From Octopus sinensis (lineage: Eukaryota), in NCBI RefSeq assembly GCF_006345805.1, contig NC_043005.1:18662001-18726000 (forward strand): DNA of 64,000 bases, written 5' to 3'. Below are positions 22,723-36,825 of the stretch, piece by piece (position 1 is the stretch's first letter; the number at the start of each line of letters is the position of its first letter). The translations under genes were made by a program, and so were the position numbers. A model generated the notes under the pieces. The model searched no databases and had not been told where the DNA came from. It was given only the letters and a program-made list of their open reading frames with translations.

Positions 22723-23214
22723 GTATGTGCGTGTGTGTGTTTGTAGTAATTATTTGTAATACAACTGTGTGAAAGTATTTGGAAGATATATAAAATGCCG
22801 AAGATTGGAAGGAGACAATTTATATTCTTTGTCTGAAGAATGGAAATATGCAAGAACATGCTAATGAGGGAAAACTTACTCTCTTATCAGAGATAGACGT
22901 AATTTTTCTATAAGTTTTCAAATTCGACTTCTGGAAATTTGGTGGAGGTATTTGGTGCAGAACGAGGCAGTTTCAGAAAAAGGAAGAAAACATGAGACCA
23001 AATTAAAATGATACGATGGATAGTTAAAAACATCCAGGATGTATCACAGGAAGATCTGTGGTTGATTCACTGGTTGCTGGAAAGATTTTGATTATGTAGC
23101 TCACGAAGCACTATGACTGTGTTGAAAGAAATGTATTTGCTAAATCATTTAATGCTTCTCATAGGAAACTTTTAAACAGAACTGTTTACATTCGAAGAAG
23201 AATTTGAGGATATA

Positions 23215-23471
<257 letters not shown>

Positions 23472-23674
23472 AGAGTGTGCCAGTTTTTTCAGGGCATTTG
23501 TACAAATTTAAACAAAATAGATGAATACCTCATCAATGAAAAGCTGCATTTGAAAACAAATTGGTAGAAATATTCTTGAATGTAATATTAGCATCAATGA
23601 CTGCTTCAATACAGAGTCACTGATCTCTCTCTCTTTCTCTCTCTCTCCCCCTCTCCCTCTCTCTCGACTACACC

Positions 23675-24551
23675 TCATACGTAATAGTCCAGTGGATTGA
23701 GGCTTAGTGAGCTAGGATGCCATGTGCTTCGGAGAACATGAACATGAAGATTTGCACGCATCCACGCTTGGGTTTTCTTAGCCTCCTGGGACTGTAAATA
23801 GCATCGTTGATCTTCAGTAGCGCATTCTATTTTTGCAGTTCCTCACAACTTTCACCAAAACCTCTGTGTAGACATTGGATGTTAAGCGTTGTGGGAAAAA
23901 AGTGACGAGGCATGAAGTCACTCTTGTAGCTGACGACTCCCAGAACAATCACGGGTGCTGGAAACTTAGTGTGCATGACCGTTGGAACCTCATTCGGGTA
24001 TCTACATAAATATCTATTGTTCGTTCGGTATAGCTTTTGGTCCTGCTCGATGTTTTTCTCATCGGAGAAAAATCAAAGCATTCCAGCCTCTTGATCTTTA
24101 AACTTATTTAGCAAGCACTTTGCACGGATTGAGCTATTCTGTCTTGCAACATCCTCCAACAAAGACTGACCTCTCCACATTACATAAGATTTGCAAAGGA
24201 TGCCTTTATGCACAATTGTCCTGGTGATGCATATGAAACCTTGGGGTCTTTTCCGATGGCTTTGATTCTTATTAATTATTTCCTGAATTTTTGTAATGAG
24301 TTATAGGTTCTGATGTTATTAGAACCCTGTGCATGTGTTTTGCAATTACCTGTTGATGTTGGATACTCGTCAGTAATTTCAAGCTCCTTTCAAACTTTGA
24401 AAGACGAGGTACGGGCAATTTTGAAGAATTGAGTTATCTCTGCATCACTGTGTAGCACTTTTAAGGCAACGATCACAGCGTGATTTTTTCATTTGCTGAG
24501 TGAACCTGATGTCAGTTTTAAGAAGCGTCTTCAAAATCTTGATGCACCCCT
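23675..24551 (-). mobile_element. Tc1/mariner-superfamily transposase remnant
   Basis: Minus-strand frames give AVIVALKV..SDAEITQFFKIART and FFSDEKNIEQDQKL..NNRYLCRYPNEVPTVMHTKFPAPVIVLGVVS..FMPRHFFP. Putative terminus TA-ggggtgcatcaag at about 24550. Confidence 0.85.
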
Positions 24552-24681
24552 AATCAGCCGAAATTGCGAAGATGATCCGGTTCTTGACTGAAGATTGAAG
24601 GCTTCGAATGTCCCGTCCGTGTTTTTTGTATCGTCTTCTAAATGTTTCACGTTCTTGTCCCAGTTTGTATTTTTTTACATT

Positions 24682-24752
<71 letters not shown>

Positions 24753-25276
24753 GTGAGTGTGTGTGGGGGGGACCGCTTCGAACCAGTATTGGTTTGTTTA
24801 CGTCGCTGCACATTAGTGGGTCGGTAAAGCGGATGATAAATCAAGTACCAGAATTTAAATAATAATTACTGGGTTCTATTTATTCAGCTAAACCCCTTAC
24901 AGTGGTACTCCAGCATTGCCGCTCTCCGTTATCTGAATCAACTAAAAGATGAAAGATAGGGAATGAAGTAAATTGAAAGAAGTTGTCAATCAAGTTGAAG
25001 TGTATATGTTTTTACTTTTTCAATCTGGGCAGCCAACATATTATGAATAAAGGAGGATTAAGTGAGATTAACGTAGCAAAATATTGTAACAGAAAATATG
25101 TCTAATATACAAGAATTTTTGCTGTCAACTTTAGAGAATTCCTGATTCTTGAAATTTGTTCCCCTTCCCACATGGAGTGGCTTTAAAAACCCATTTGATA
25201 ACTATGCTAAAAGAGATAATTGTAATAAATCAAGACGTTATAAAAACTCCCTATCTATCTATCTATCTATCTATCC

Positions 25277-25346
<70 letters not shown>

Positions 25347-27430
25347 TCATCTTACCAAACTCCGTTTATGTTAGCATACTCCGTTTATGGTAAGCATACC
25401 AAACTCCGTTTATGGTAAGCATACTGGAAAAAGTTAAGGAAAGAATTTTTAAAGGCCTAAAATTATATATATATCAGATTTAAACGAATTTTACAATATA
25501 AATCAAGAGTTCGAATTAGTAGATAGGGTTGTTTTTCTTTTGATCCTAGTTGAATGATGGTGCTCATTTCATATTTGAAGATGAATAACATTTAGAAAAT
25601 ACAACGAATATTAGGGCATCCACGTTCATATTTTTCAATTGCCACAGAAAATTATGAACTAAAGGTGTGTTGATTGTTAAAACAAATATTATGAAATAAT
25701 GAGGAACAGGAATGTGTAATTTGAATAATTAAGAAAGAAAATGTGGAGAGATTGATGTCGGAACTTCAGATATAAGTCTTCACTAGTTGATACTACATTA
25801 GACTTGAAAGAACTGCTCGCCATCAATGACTATCCCATCTTTTATTCGATCTACACTAAGCAATGTGCTACTTGAGATACACAGCAGTCTGTCTTGAATG
25901 AAAAACTGATTACTAAAGGCTGCATTCTAGCCATGCCTACTTCATCCTATTTTTCAAATTAGCATATCTAGAAATACATTATGTATGTATTTTATTAAGA
26001 TAGGAGAATGTGATTTGGAGGAGATATGGCTGCTTTTTCTAGCTTTCCAACGACGACATACATAACATCTCCCGTAGAATGCTCTTATGATCCTAAAGAC
26101 TGAACAATAAGTGCATAAATTTAACGCTAGGTACTCTTTCCGGTAGAACACTTATTGCGGTAGAACCGGCATAAGGGTTCTACTAGAAATAAATTTTCTT
26201 TCCCGTGGAACCATTCATAAAAGAAATTTTCCTTCTCTCAACGAAATTTTCTACCGAAAATCTGAAGTATCTCTCCTTTGACACGGCATAGTATTTACTT
26301 CCGCTTTATGAACATGCACAGGCCACCATTTCTTCATTCGGATGTAAATGTTTCATTTCAATATATCTGTACACTCTGAAGGCGCGCGACCATCTGTTTA
26401 GAATATTCGGCATATGATCATGAGCTTGAGGACCGACTGGCTGGAGCGCTATTGTGTATATGAGTGAGCTACCTAATTTCGCGTTGCTCCCGGCTAGACT
26501 GCTATAATGACTATCAGACGGATGTCACTGGTGCAGCTCTCTCATTCTCAAGCTGTCCCAGCCAGCACATTGCACTGGGGGGAAAATATGACGAAATTGA
26601 CAAAGAAAATCTGTCTGCTCTCCACGACAAGGCGCAGACCTTTTGCTTTAAGGTGGTTTGTTTGTTTCAATGACCCTGAGAGCTATGCCGGAAGAGTATA
26701 AGCTCTTTGTAGAGTTTTGCATACTAGACAGGATAGGGACCAAATCAATCAGATCACATCTTCCCAGAAGAAAAAATGGATTTGCATAGGGCAAACAGCC
26801 CTACTGAGAACAAAATTAAAGTTACAGAAGTATCGCTGACAATTCAAAACCAACAAGACTATGGAGATTCAGGCAGTACCTCAAGGAAACATATCACTCG
26901 GTGCAACGACAATTAAATAAGGAAAACAACATCCTAAAATTCACCTCGAAACCACATCTACAAACCACATCTATAAGGTGGAGAAGAAAACTCTCTAAAA
27001 CTAGCGAGATGCAGAATACTGAACCAAAGCTGAAAAAGTATGGATCCAGATGGGAAGAAGCGGAAAATAGCCAAGAATTAGGAAAAGTGGAAAATAGACA
27101 GAAAGGATAAAACTTGAGAAACATTATCTGTTCGAGATTACATAGTTGAGTAAGACAGCTACCTTCCCTGTATTAACTCAAGAGTTTACTATTCGAAGGT
27201 TCTAAGCTGTCTAGTGATGTAAATATCATTCCATTCAAATTGTCTGAAAGAAATCTAAACGAGGTGTCTATTTATGATTTTCAGTATTATAGAGTTCGAT
27301 CAACTGTGTGTAATGCAGTGTGTGCAACTTGTGTAGGAGTGGTTGTCGTTGGTGGTGTGTTCGGGCTGGGGCTGTTGATGATAGTATGTATAAGTCAACT
27401 GTATGTCATTTTGAGAGAATATATGCATAC

Positions 27431-27471
<41 letters not shown>

Positions 27472-27861
27472 ATATATTATATATATATATATATATATTA
27501 ATATAATAATATCTATATATATATACATATATGTGTGTGTGTGGTGGGTGTGTGTTGTGTGTATGTGTGTGTGTGTATGTAGAATATATATATATATATA
27601 TATGTATATAATATATACATAAATATATATACATGCATATGTATACATATGTATATATAATGCTATATATAAATATATACATAATGTATATACATATAGT
27701 ATGTATATAACATATTATATATATATATACATTCATATGTATATGCATATGTATATATATAGATATATGCATATCTATATTATATATATATATATATTAT
27801 ATAATTTTAATATTTATATATATATATGATTATATATATATATATATATAATATATATATA

Positions 27862-27892
<31 letters not shown>

Positions 27893-28138
27893 AGTATATA
27901 TATATATATATATATATATAATGCAAATATGTATACAGGATGGAGTGGGTTGTGTAATGATATTTGAGCTTCAATAGTTAACGCAAGATATTTCATGAAT
28001 GCAAAAATATCTTTTCCATCGTTCTCAAACGATCGAACTGGTGGTTTATTTCAGTCACGAGGTAAACACAAGACATCATACTATCAAACACATTAACAAG
28101 CAAACACACAGTCGAGTGTTAGTGTTAGAGGTAGTCGG

Positions 28139-28238
28139 NNNNNNNNNNNNNNNNNNNNNNNNNNNNNNNNNNNNNNNNNNNNNNNNNNNNNNNNNNNNNN
28201 NNNNNNNNNNNNNNNNNNNNNNNNNNNNNNNNNNNNNN
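28139..28238. other. Assembly gap (100 N)
   Basis: Directly visible; flanked by TA/TG microsatellites. Confidence 1.
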
Positions 28239-29419
28239 TTCATGAATAAATAAATAAATAATATGTAGTATGTATGTAATGTATGTATGTAGTGTATGCA
28301 TGTATGTAATGTGTGCATGTATGTGTATGTGTATATATATACAAACATACATACATGCATTTCCTCTTGGAAATGCATGTATATATACATATATATTATA
28401 TATATATATATATAATATATATATAATTGTATATATATATATATGTATATATATACAGTATATTATATATATATATATATCATGTATATATATATATATA
28501 TATAATATATATATATAATATATATATATACATACACATTATATACTTATATCAGATATATACACATATGTACACTATACATGTGTCTATATATATGTGT
28601 GTGTGTGTGTTCGTGTGTGTGTGTGTGTATTCTATCTTCATCTCGTAATTTTCGTTTGATTTCCCTTTATATGAGACTCTATCGTATCTATCAATTATCA
28701 TTCTCTCTAGTTATTTTGATCTATCTATCCATCTATCTATCTATATCTATATCTATCTACCTAAAAATACACACACACACACACACACACACAGTTGTAG
28801 CCCGCAGTTTGCTGCATTACGAGCTGCGATTGCGATTTTACATTGGGACATACATTTTCAAGATGACATGAAGGTCATATACGATATAACCCGTTCTTAC
28901 ATTTGTTCGTTTTGCTCCTGACAGAGAAATGCAATAATACTGCATAACCTAAATGACATTCGAAAAATTGCTGATTAGCAAAGCAATTAACTCAGTGTAA
29001 TTATGTAAATTACAACAAAATTTTCAAAAAGTAACCGTTTCTTGAGAACAATAGAAAAAAAATGTAAAATAAATATTTATTAAGACTTCTCTCCCCTCTA
29101 GTACATAAATTCTCCTATCCACACACATACTTTCTCTCTCTCACTCTCTTTTTTCTCCCCCCCTCTCTCTCTCACCATGTAACAAACAAGTATTTTAGGT
29201 TTGATATTTGTCTATTTCATTTTTTAAATTTTATTGCATTTTAATGAATCTCAAACTGAACCAACTTGTAAATTTTTATCTCATAATTTTGGGGCCTTGG
29301 AAATTTGCAGAACAACTAAAGATTCTCTGTAATTTGTGCATACGCAGTAAATTATGCCAGTTATTTTCGTATTCGTTGTTAATAAACAGGTGACTAGTAG
29401 TAACTATAATTTCTTCAAA

Positions 29420-29654
29420 AAAGGTGGTGAGCTGGCAGAAACGTTAGCACGCCGGGTGAAATGCTTAGCAGTATTTCGTCTGCCGCTACGTTCTGAGTTC
29501 AAATTCCTCCGAGGTCGACTTTGCCTTTCATTCTTTCGGGGTCGATTAAATTAAGTACCAGTTGCGCACTGGGATCGATGTCATCGACTTAATCTCTTTG
29601 TCTGTCCTTGTTTGCCACCTCTATGTTTAGCACCTTGTAGGCAATAAAGAAATA
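29420..29654 (+). mobile_element. SINE D, full length
   Basis: 15-bp TSD tataatttcttcaaa at 29405-29419 and 29655-29669. Confidence 0.92.
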
Positions 29655-29904
29655 TATAATTTCTTCAAATTTTGGCACAAGGCCAGAAATTTAAAGAGAC
29701 GGGGACGCGGTGGATCAATGTCGATTACATAAACTACAGCACTTGACTGGTACTTATTTTAACGACCAGAAAAGATGGAAAGCAATGTTGACCTCGACGG
29801 GATATGCAGTCAGAGCTTAAAACGCTGGAAAAATACCCCAAAGCCTTTTCTTAGCTGGCCTCAGGATCCTCACTGCTTGCCGCCATGACTGTTGGTAACT
29901 CTAT

Positions 29905-30523
29905 TGATTTCAAATTTTGGTCGGTACAAGGCCAGCAAGTTCGAGGCGGTGGGGCTAAGTTGATTAGATCGACCCCAGTGTTTAACTCGTACATATTTTA
30001 TCGATGGATGGAAGCACTCCGTCGGTTACGACGATGAGGGTTCCGGTTGATCCGAATCAACGGAACAGCCTGCTCGTGAAATTAACGTGTAAGTGGCTGA
30101 GCACTCCACAGACACGTGCACCCTTAACGTAGTTCTCGGGGATATTCAGCGTGACACAGAGAGTGACAAGGCCGGCCCTTTGAAATACAGGTACAACAGA
30201 AACAGGAAGTAAGAGTGAGAGAAAGTTGTGGTGAAAGAGTACAGCAGGGATCACCACCATCCCCTGCCGGAGCCTCGTGGAGCTTTAGGTGTTTTCGCTC
30301 AACAAACACTCACAACGCCCGGTCTGGGAATCGAAACCGCGATCCTATGACCGCGAGTCCGCTGCCCTAACCACTGGGCCATTGCGCCTCCACATTTTAT
30401 CGATACTGAAAGGATGAAATGCAAAATCGGCCTCGGAGGAATTTGAACTGCGAACATAAAGACAGACGAACGCCGCTACACATTTTACCCGGTATGCTAA
30501 CGATTCTGCCAGCTCGCCGCCTT
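29905..30523 (-). mobile_element. Older SINE D-like element interrupted by SINE A
   Basis: Tail and central part at 29905-30005; head half (gaaaggatgaaatgcaaaatcgg...gccagctcgccgcc) at 30394-30523. Confidence 0.75.
30006..30393 (-). mobile_element. SINE head A + tail X, young copy
   Basis: TSD attttatcgat at 29995-30005 and 30394-30404. Confidence 0.92.
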
Positions 30524-30734
30524 AAATTGACAAGAATTTTTGCATAGACAAAGTAAATCATCTTTGTTATGGACTATATGCTATATTTCATAAACTTCGG
30601 GTACCTTATTAATATGTATATCAATTTTCAAGCATTAAATAATTTTCATCGTTATTTGTGGCTAAATACTGAAATATATTTTATCCAGTTCATTAAAATG
30701 TTGATTATATAAAAGTAGCGATAAAATAGTAGGC

Positions 30735-31175
30735 CTTCCTCTCCTTCAGCTCCCTTTCTTTGGAATTTTCCTGAAAGTACCCCTTTTCGGCCCCTTCCCC
30801 CATTCCCTCCCCTTCATCTACTCCTCCTTGGAATTTTCCCGGAAATCTTTCCTCCTCATCCCCTTCCACCCCTTCAGCTCCCTCTCCTCGGACTTTCCCA
30901 GGAAGTCCTTCCTCCACCTCCTTCTGAACCTTCCCTTCATCTCCCCCTCCGTGAACTTTTCCAGGAAATCTTTCCGCCCCATGCTCCCATTCATCTCCCC
31001 CTCCTCGGACTTTTCCAGGAAGTCCTTCCTTCCCTCCTCGGACGTTTCAAAGAAGACTTTCCTCCCCCTCCACCCTTCCATTCCCCCTCCTCCCTTCCAT
31101 CTCCCCCTTCTCGAACTTTTCCAGGAAGTCCTTAATCCTCCTCCTCTCCTTCATTTCCCTCTTCCTCGGATTTTA
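30735..31175. repeat. Pyrimidine-rich minisatellite with a recurrent core ggactttTCCAGGAAgt
   Basis: Cores at 30762, 30830, 30890, 30953, 31007, 31040 and 31113, with a partial one at 31168. Spacing 33-73 bp. Confidence 0.85.
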
Positions 31176-31687
31176 TCATTGAATTGTTTGTGCTTTGGTC
31201 TCCTTCAAAATAGCCTATAATCCTCCGTTAGCGCAAGTAAACAGAGGCTAAACAACACGAAATTTTTTGTCAGTGAGGCATGTAGAAACGGATAATTTTA
31301 GAACAGACAGTGCGTCAAAGAAAACGGTGTCCTTGTAAATGTAAGTTCCAATTTTACTCTAAAACCTATAAACGAAACCTCTTTCTGTGTAGTTTTTCTG
31401 TAAATTAATCCTTGTTAGCTTATGTTGAACTCCTGAAAAATAGTTCATAAGTTAAAATCCGGATAATTACCCGGAAGCAATTTCATGTTACACCACTTGC
31501 AGCTATATAAAACAGATTGTGTAATTTAATTACCTAGTTACCTCCAACACCACATAAATTAAGGTCACATAGCATGATAGGTGGGATATGTGTTATTTAG
31601 AGCGAGTTTGTCTAAAAAGAGGGGAATTTACATCGTGGCCTTAAATCTTTCCTTCATATCCAGTGAACTTGATATAAAAAATGAATT

Positions 31688-31997
31688 GTAGAGGCACATG
31701 GCCTAGTGGTTAGACCAGCGGACTCACGGTCGAGGGATCGCAGGTTCGAATCTCAGACCGGGCGATGTGTGTGTTTATGAGCGAAACACCTAAGCTCCAC
31801 GCAGCTCCGGCAGAAGGTAATGGTGAACTTCTGCTGATTCTTTCGCCACAACTTTCTCTCACTCTTTCCTCCTGCATCTTGCAGCTTACCTGCGACCGAC
31901 CGGCGTCCCATCCAGGTGGGGAACCTATACGCCAAGGAAACTGGGAAACCGGCCCTTATGAGCTAGGCATGGCTCGAGAAGGAACAAACAAAAAAAG
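31688..31997 (+). mobile_element. SINE head A' + tail M
   Basis: Paralog of 10306; TSD atgaatt. Confidence 0.88.
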
Positions 31998-32752
31998 ATG
32001 AATTTATTTCATGATAGCACGGACGAGGATAAGGAAGCTTTTCTTTTTCTCGAATTCAAGCAGACCCTATCAGACATTCATTTGTTGATAAAGTAATTGT
32101 ACAGAAGACATAAAATCCACCGGAACAGGGTTCAACTTTTTGTTTATTCACAAATCTCTAATGATTTCCCCACCGAATTAGATCTTAATTCAGATAGTAA
32201 GTATATACTCAAATTGTCCAAGGTGGTGGTATCTGATAAAGAATTGAATGAGCTCAGGTTCCGCGCTTCCGCAAAGAGACACTGCCTGAAAACACCCAAC
32301 TCATTCCTGGTTTCAAGTTTAATTATTTAGTGACTTGGGAGGGTGTTATCGTGTGACGGACGAATCTGATTGTTAATGGAGTTCATTGAGAAAATCACTG
32401 TGAAGCCTTCTTGAGATACAGAAGTGAGGACGACAGCATCCTCTACTTGGTAGCTGTGACAATAAAGGAAATATGGTGAACAAGCTTGAAACTAGTGAGA
32501 ACGGGGCTTTTCTTCCACGGTCATATATCCATCAGTTTCTCATGTTTAATTCCTTTCTTCTAGAATCAGGTGATGCTGAATGGAGAAGTGATGCGCTTCA
32601 ATACATTATATATTCGAAACAAAAACACACATGTACATATACATATATAGTTTGTACGTATGGATATTTAACACCTAAATCAGCCCTGATCACTGACCTG
32701 TCGTCAAAGACACTCCGGGCATAAGCATTCAGTCTTATAAATGATTATATTG

Positions 32753-32985
32753 AAGGCGGCGAGCTGGCAGAAACGTTAGCACGCCGGGCGAAATGCGTAG
32801 CCGTATTTCGTCTGCCGTTACGTCCTGAGTTCAAATTCCGACGAGGTCGACTCTGCCTTTCATCCTTTCGGGGTCGATAAATTAAGCACCAGTTACGCAC
32901 TGGGGTCGATGTAATCGACTTAATCCGTTTGTCTGTCCTTGTTTGTCTCCTCTGTGTTTAGCCCCTTGTGAGTAGTAAAGAAATA
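32753..32985 (+). mobile_element. SINE D, full length
   Basis: Collinear with 29420-29654; TSD tatattg. Confidence 0.9.
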
Positions 32986-33499
32986 TATATTGTTTAATGT
33001 GTCATTCAATAATTAAACGACAATATGTGGTTTATGAAATATGGCTTCTATTTCTAGCACATCAGGAAAACACGTAGAGGCTGTCATAGAAAGAGAAGAG
33101 TCAGGTTAAATCTGTAAATAAAAGCAATGGACCTCAGGATTTTAATCAGAATTCTATCTATGTTAGCAAAAGATTATCTGACAAAGATCAGGAAATAATT
33201 TTAATCGGATTATCTAAAGTTATATTATTTTATACTTTCAAGAATAATCTTTCGCTGCGCAAGAACTGTATGTAACAACTGAATAAGTATCTTACGGGCA
33301 AATAATGTGGCAGTTCGTTTGAATTGTCTCAAGGATATTCGAACGGTCACATAAATGGATGATAACAGAGAAGCATTGCAAGTCCTGTAAAGAAGATGTG
33401 ATACAACATAAATATGAACAAATATTTGTTTGATAACCCTATTATGAATCATGACATGAAATTCAAAGCTACTCCTGTAGAATGGATTATTATTAAGAA

Positions 33500-33892
33500 C
33501 TAGCAGTATTGCCCGGCGTTGCTCGGGTTTGTAAGGGAAATAACTATATAAGCATTTTTAGAGATGTAAAGTATAATAGCCATTTCAATATGGCTAACCA
33601 CAAGGGGGGGTGTTACTGTAGCTTTTTACGTTCTGAGATTTAATAATAAATTTTTAGAGAGTTACTTCCCTTATATATGCCAAAAATGCATTAAAAATGG
33701 GAAAAATTGATGGTAATTTTTTTTAAATCGTAGACTCATCGTAGACGCGCGCTAATACCCAGAAGGGCTCGATATGAATCACGACTATAAGATACCCGCT
33801 TTTGGTTAAACTGCACCGCAAAATGTGGGAGTAGTTAGGAATGTAAATCGTAGGAGGCAGACAGCACACAACCTCACTTTTATATATAAAGA
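33500..33892 (-). mobile_element. Non-autonomous Helitron, second copy
   Basis: A|TC...hairpin...CTAG|T on the minus strand; near-identical to 19443-19841. Confidence 0.85.
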
Positions 33893-34555
33893 TTAGTAAT
33901 AATTCAATGGCAAAATGCAGAATCTGTAAAACTGCCGATAAAACTGACTCTCTTATGTAACTTCTTGGTTTTCCTTCTAAGTTCAAAATTGTATTGAGGT
34001 CGTTAAATAAGCTGCAGCCCAATAATACATACCCCCTCTGCATCTTTCCGCTAACCTACTTGTGTTATTGTTACTATGAGTTTAAACATACAAAATAAAC
34101 AGAAACTTTCCCGAAACACATATCCTTCTTCGTCCTACATAACTTTATTGCGGATTTGGTGTGGGTGTGAAGTTTATTACATCGGATTTAACGATATCTA
34201 CCAAGGTTTATTGAGTTTGTCGCAAGAAAGCGCTATCGTCATTGCTTAAATATTTTTACAAGGAAATCTATCCTTTGTGTAGGTCATCGATCTCCTGTAC
34301 AACTGAAATGTATGACAAGCGAACGTTGAAACAACAGTTCACAGAAAGAAGCATCGATATTTTTTTATTGAAAAACATGAACTTATTAGAATGAAAAGAA
34401 ATTGAGTAAAACATTTCATCTTATTTTATTGTATTTCATTTTCTTACAAAAACTGGAGATCTTGCACGTATGTATACATAAATTTGGGAAAATTCATTTC
34501 TTCCGACCAACTTTATTTATATTACCAATATACTATTTTGTACACCATAAAAATG

Positions 34556-35772
34556 TTTTCTTCTTCTTCCTCCTCTTCTTCTCCTTCTTCTTCCTCCTCT
34601 TCTTCTTCTTCTTCTTCTTCTACTTCTTCTTCTTCTTCTTCTTCTCCTTCTTCTTCTTCTTCTTCTTCTACTTCTTCCTCCTCCCCCTCCTCTTCTTCTT
34701 CTACTTCTTCCTTTTCCTCCTCTTCTTCTTCTTCATCCTCCTCCTCTTCTTCTTCTCCTTCTTCTTCTTCTTCTTCTTCTTCTACTTCCACCTCCTCCCC
34801 CTCCTCTCTTCTTCTTCTTCTTCTTCTTCTTCTTCTTCTTCTTCTTCTTCTTCTACTTCTTCTCCTCCTCCTCCTCTTCTCCTTCTCCTTCTTCTTCTTC
34901 TACTTCTTCCTCCTCCTCCTCCTCTTCTTCTTCTCCTTCTTCTTCTTCTACTTCTTCTTCTCCTCCTCCTCTTCTTCTTCTCCTCTTCTTCTTCTTCTAC
35001 TTCTTCCTCCTCCTCCTCCTCCTCTTCTTCTCTCCTTCTTCTTCTTCTTCTTCTCTTCTACTACTACTCTCTTCCTCTCTCTCCTCCCCTCTCTTTTCTC
35101 CTCTTGCTTTTCTACTCCTCCTCCTCCTTCTCCTCTTCTTCTTCTCCTTTTCTTCTTTCTTCTTCTACTCCTCCTCCTCCTCCTCTTCTTCTTCTTCTTC
35201 TTCTCCTTCTTCTTCTTCTTCTTCTACTTCTTCTTCCTCCTCCTCCTCTTCTTCTTCTCCTTCTTCTTCTTCTTCTTCTACTTCTTCCTCCTCCTCCTCC
35301 TCTTCTTCTTCTCCTTCTTCTTCTTCTTCTTCTTCTTCCTCCTCCTCCTCTTCTTCTTTTCCTTCTTCTTCTTCTACTTCTTCCTCCTCCTCCTCCTCCT
35401 CTTCTTCTTCTCCTTCTTCTTCTTCTTCTTCTTCTTCTACTTCTTCCTCCTCCTCCTCCTCCTCTTCTTCTTCTCCTTCTTCTTCTTCTACCTCCTCCTC
35501 CTCCTCCTCCTCTTCTTCTTCTTCTTCTTCTTCTCCTTCTTCTTCTTCTTCTACTTCTTCCACCTCCTCCTCCTCCTTCTCTTCTTCTTCTCCTTCTTCT
35601 TCTTCTTCTTCTACTTCCTCCTCCTCCTCCTCCTCCTCCTCTTCTTCTTCTTCTTCTTCTTCTTCTTCTTCTTCTTCTTCTACTTCTTCTCCCTCCTCCT
35701 CCTCCTCCTCTTCTTCTTCTCCTTCTTCTTCTTCTTCTTCTTCTTCTTCTTCCTCCTCCTCTTCTTCTTCTC
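34556..35772. repeat. 1.2-kb (CTT/CCT)n polypyrimidine array with higher-order units
   Basis: Directly visible; source of the 436- and 480-aa junk ORFs. Confidence 0.95.
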
Positions 35773-36773
35773 ATACATACATACTTACATATAAATATAG
35801 AGAGAGAGAAAGAGCGGGAGAGAGAGAGACGTACGTACGTATAGATGCACATACAAATATATTCTTAATAAAAGGAATAGAAAGAGGTAGTCGAGCGGTA
35901 CAGCTGTTTCACAAACACATTGGATGCACCTTACGTAATATTACGAATATCTTGTAGCCGTCTGGTGTACTTTTTCATCGAGTACATAAGAGCTTTTAGT
36001 TGAAAATAATATACAGTAATGGAGAGTGAAGAGGAAAATGGGGCAACTGGAAAAAATATAAAAAATGGGTGTGTAGGTTGGGATTAGTAAATACCCAATA
36101 GCGTACCTTACTCAGCGATTACCTTAGTGATAGACAGGGGTGTGGTTCCATTTCGTTATCAGCATACTTAAACTACTGTATTGACAGCTGTGGATCATTT
36201 ATTTATGTCTATTTGGCGTCAATGATGGAAAGCCGTTGCGCCGGAAATGGGATGTTTATTGCTTAGAATAGACAAATATGTGTAATAAGAGCTCAAATGG
36301 AGTAAAGCAGGAAAGAAGAAAGAACTGGAAAATGGAAAAGAGAAAAGAGAAAAAGAATAAGAGAAATATAAGTTGAAGGTAGTAGGTTAATTGTATGTAT
36401 ACATGCATGAATAAACCTGTCCAAACGCACAAAAATAGACGCTATGTAGACACAAGTATACGAAGCATAATATACATGTAACTATATAAATATATGTAAA
36501 CATAGACAGACGCATATATACATTGATATATATATATATATATATATATATAATGTATGCATATATATATACACACACACACACACCCATATGTATATGT
36601 ATTCTTAGCTATACAGATGGCAAAACCTAGAAATGTGTATCTACATGCTCGTTGCACACACATATACTAAGAATAAAATAAAATGAAATGTAGGTACAGG
36701 CACATACACACTTAGATCTATATCTTTACAAACGAATACCGTTGTGCGATATCAAAATACAGGTATGATATCA

Positions 36774-36825
<52 letters not shown>

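Noticed and set aside
25354-25424. Three short tandem copies of ctccgtttatg(g)ta(a)gcatac
   Set aside because: An ordinary local slippage duplication beside a (TATC)n microsatellite.
26590-27110. Possible very old RTE-like LINE remnant
   Set aside because: Only faint motif resemblance by eye; needs a profile search.
27285-27383. Possible 99-nt hydrophobic exon (YYRVRSTVCNAVCATCVGVVVVGGVFGLGLLMI) between ttttcag and gtatgt
   Set aside because: It lies beyond the SLC6 stop and probable poly(A) signal. The hydrophobicity follows from GT-rich sequence, and I recognise no homology.
30735-31175. CRISPR array interpretation of the palindromic-core minisatellite
   Set aside because: Eukaryotic context, low-complexity related spacers of very uneven length, imperfect repeats and no cas genes.
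34402-35852. Long ORFs (480, 436 and 246 aa) and similar ORFs at 187-670 and 15751-17470
   Set aside because: They are translations of trinucleotide microsatellites, which lack stops by composition. No splice or homology support.
35895-35915. GAAACAGCTGTA (minus strand), a hammerhead half-motif
   Set aside because: No CUGANGA-like core upstream.
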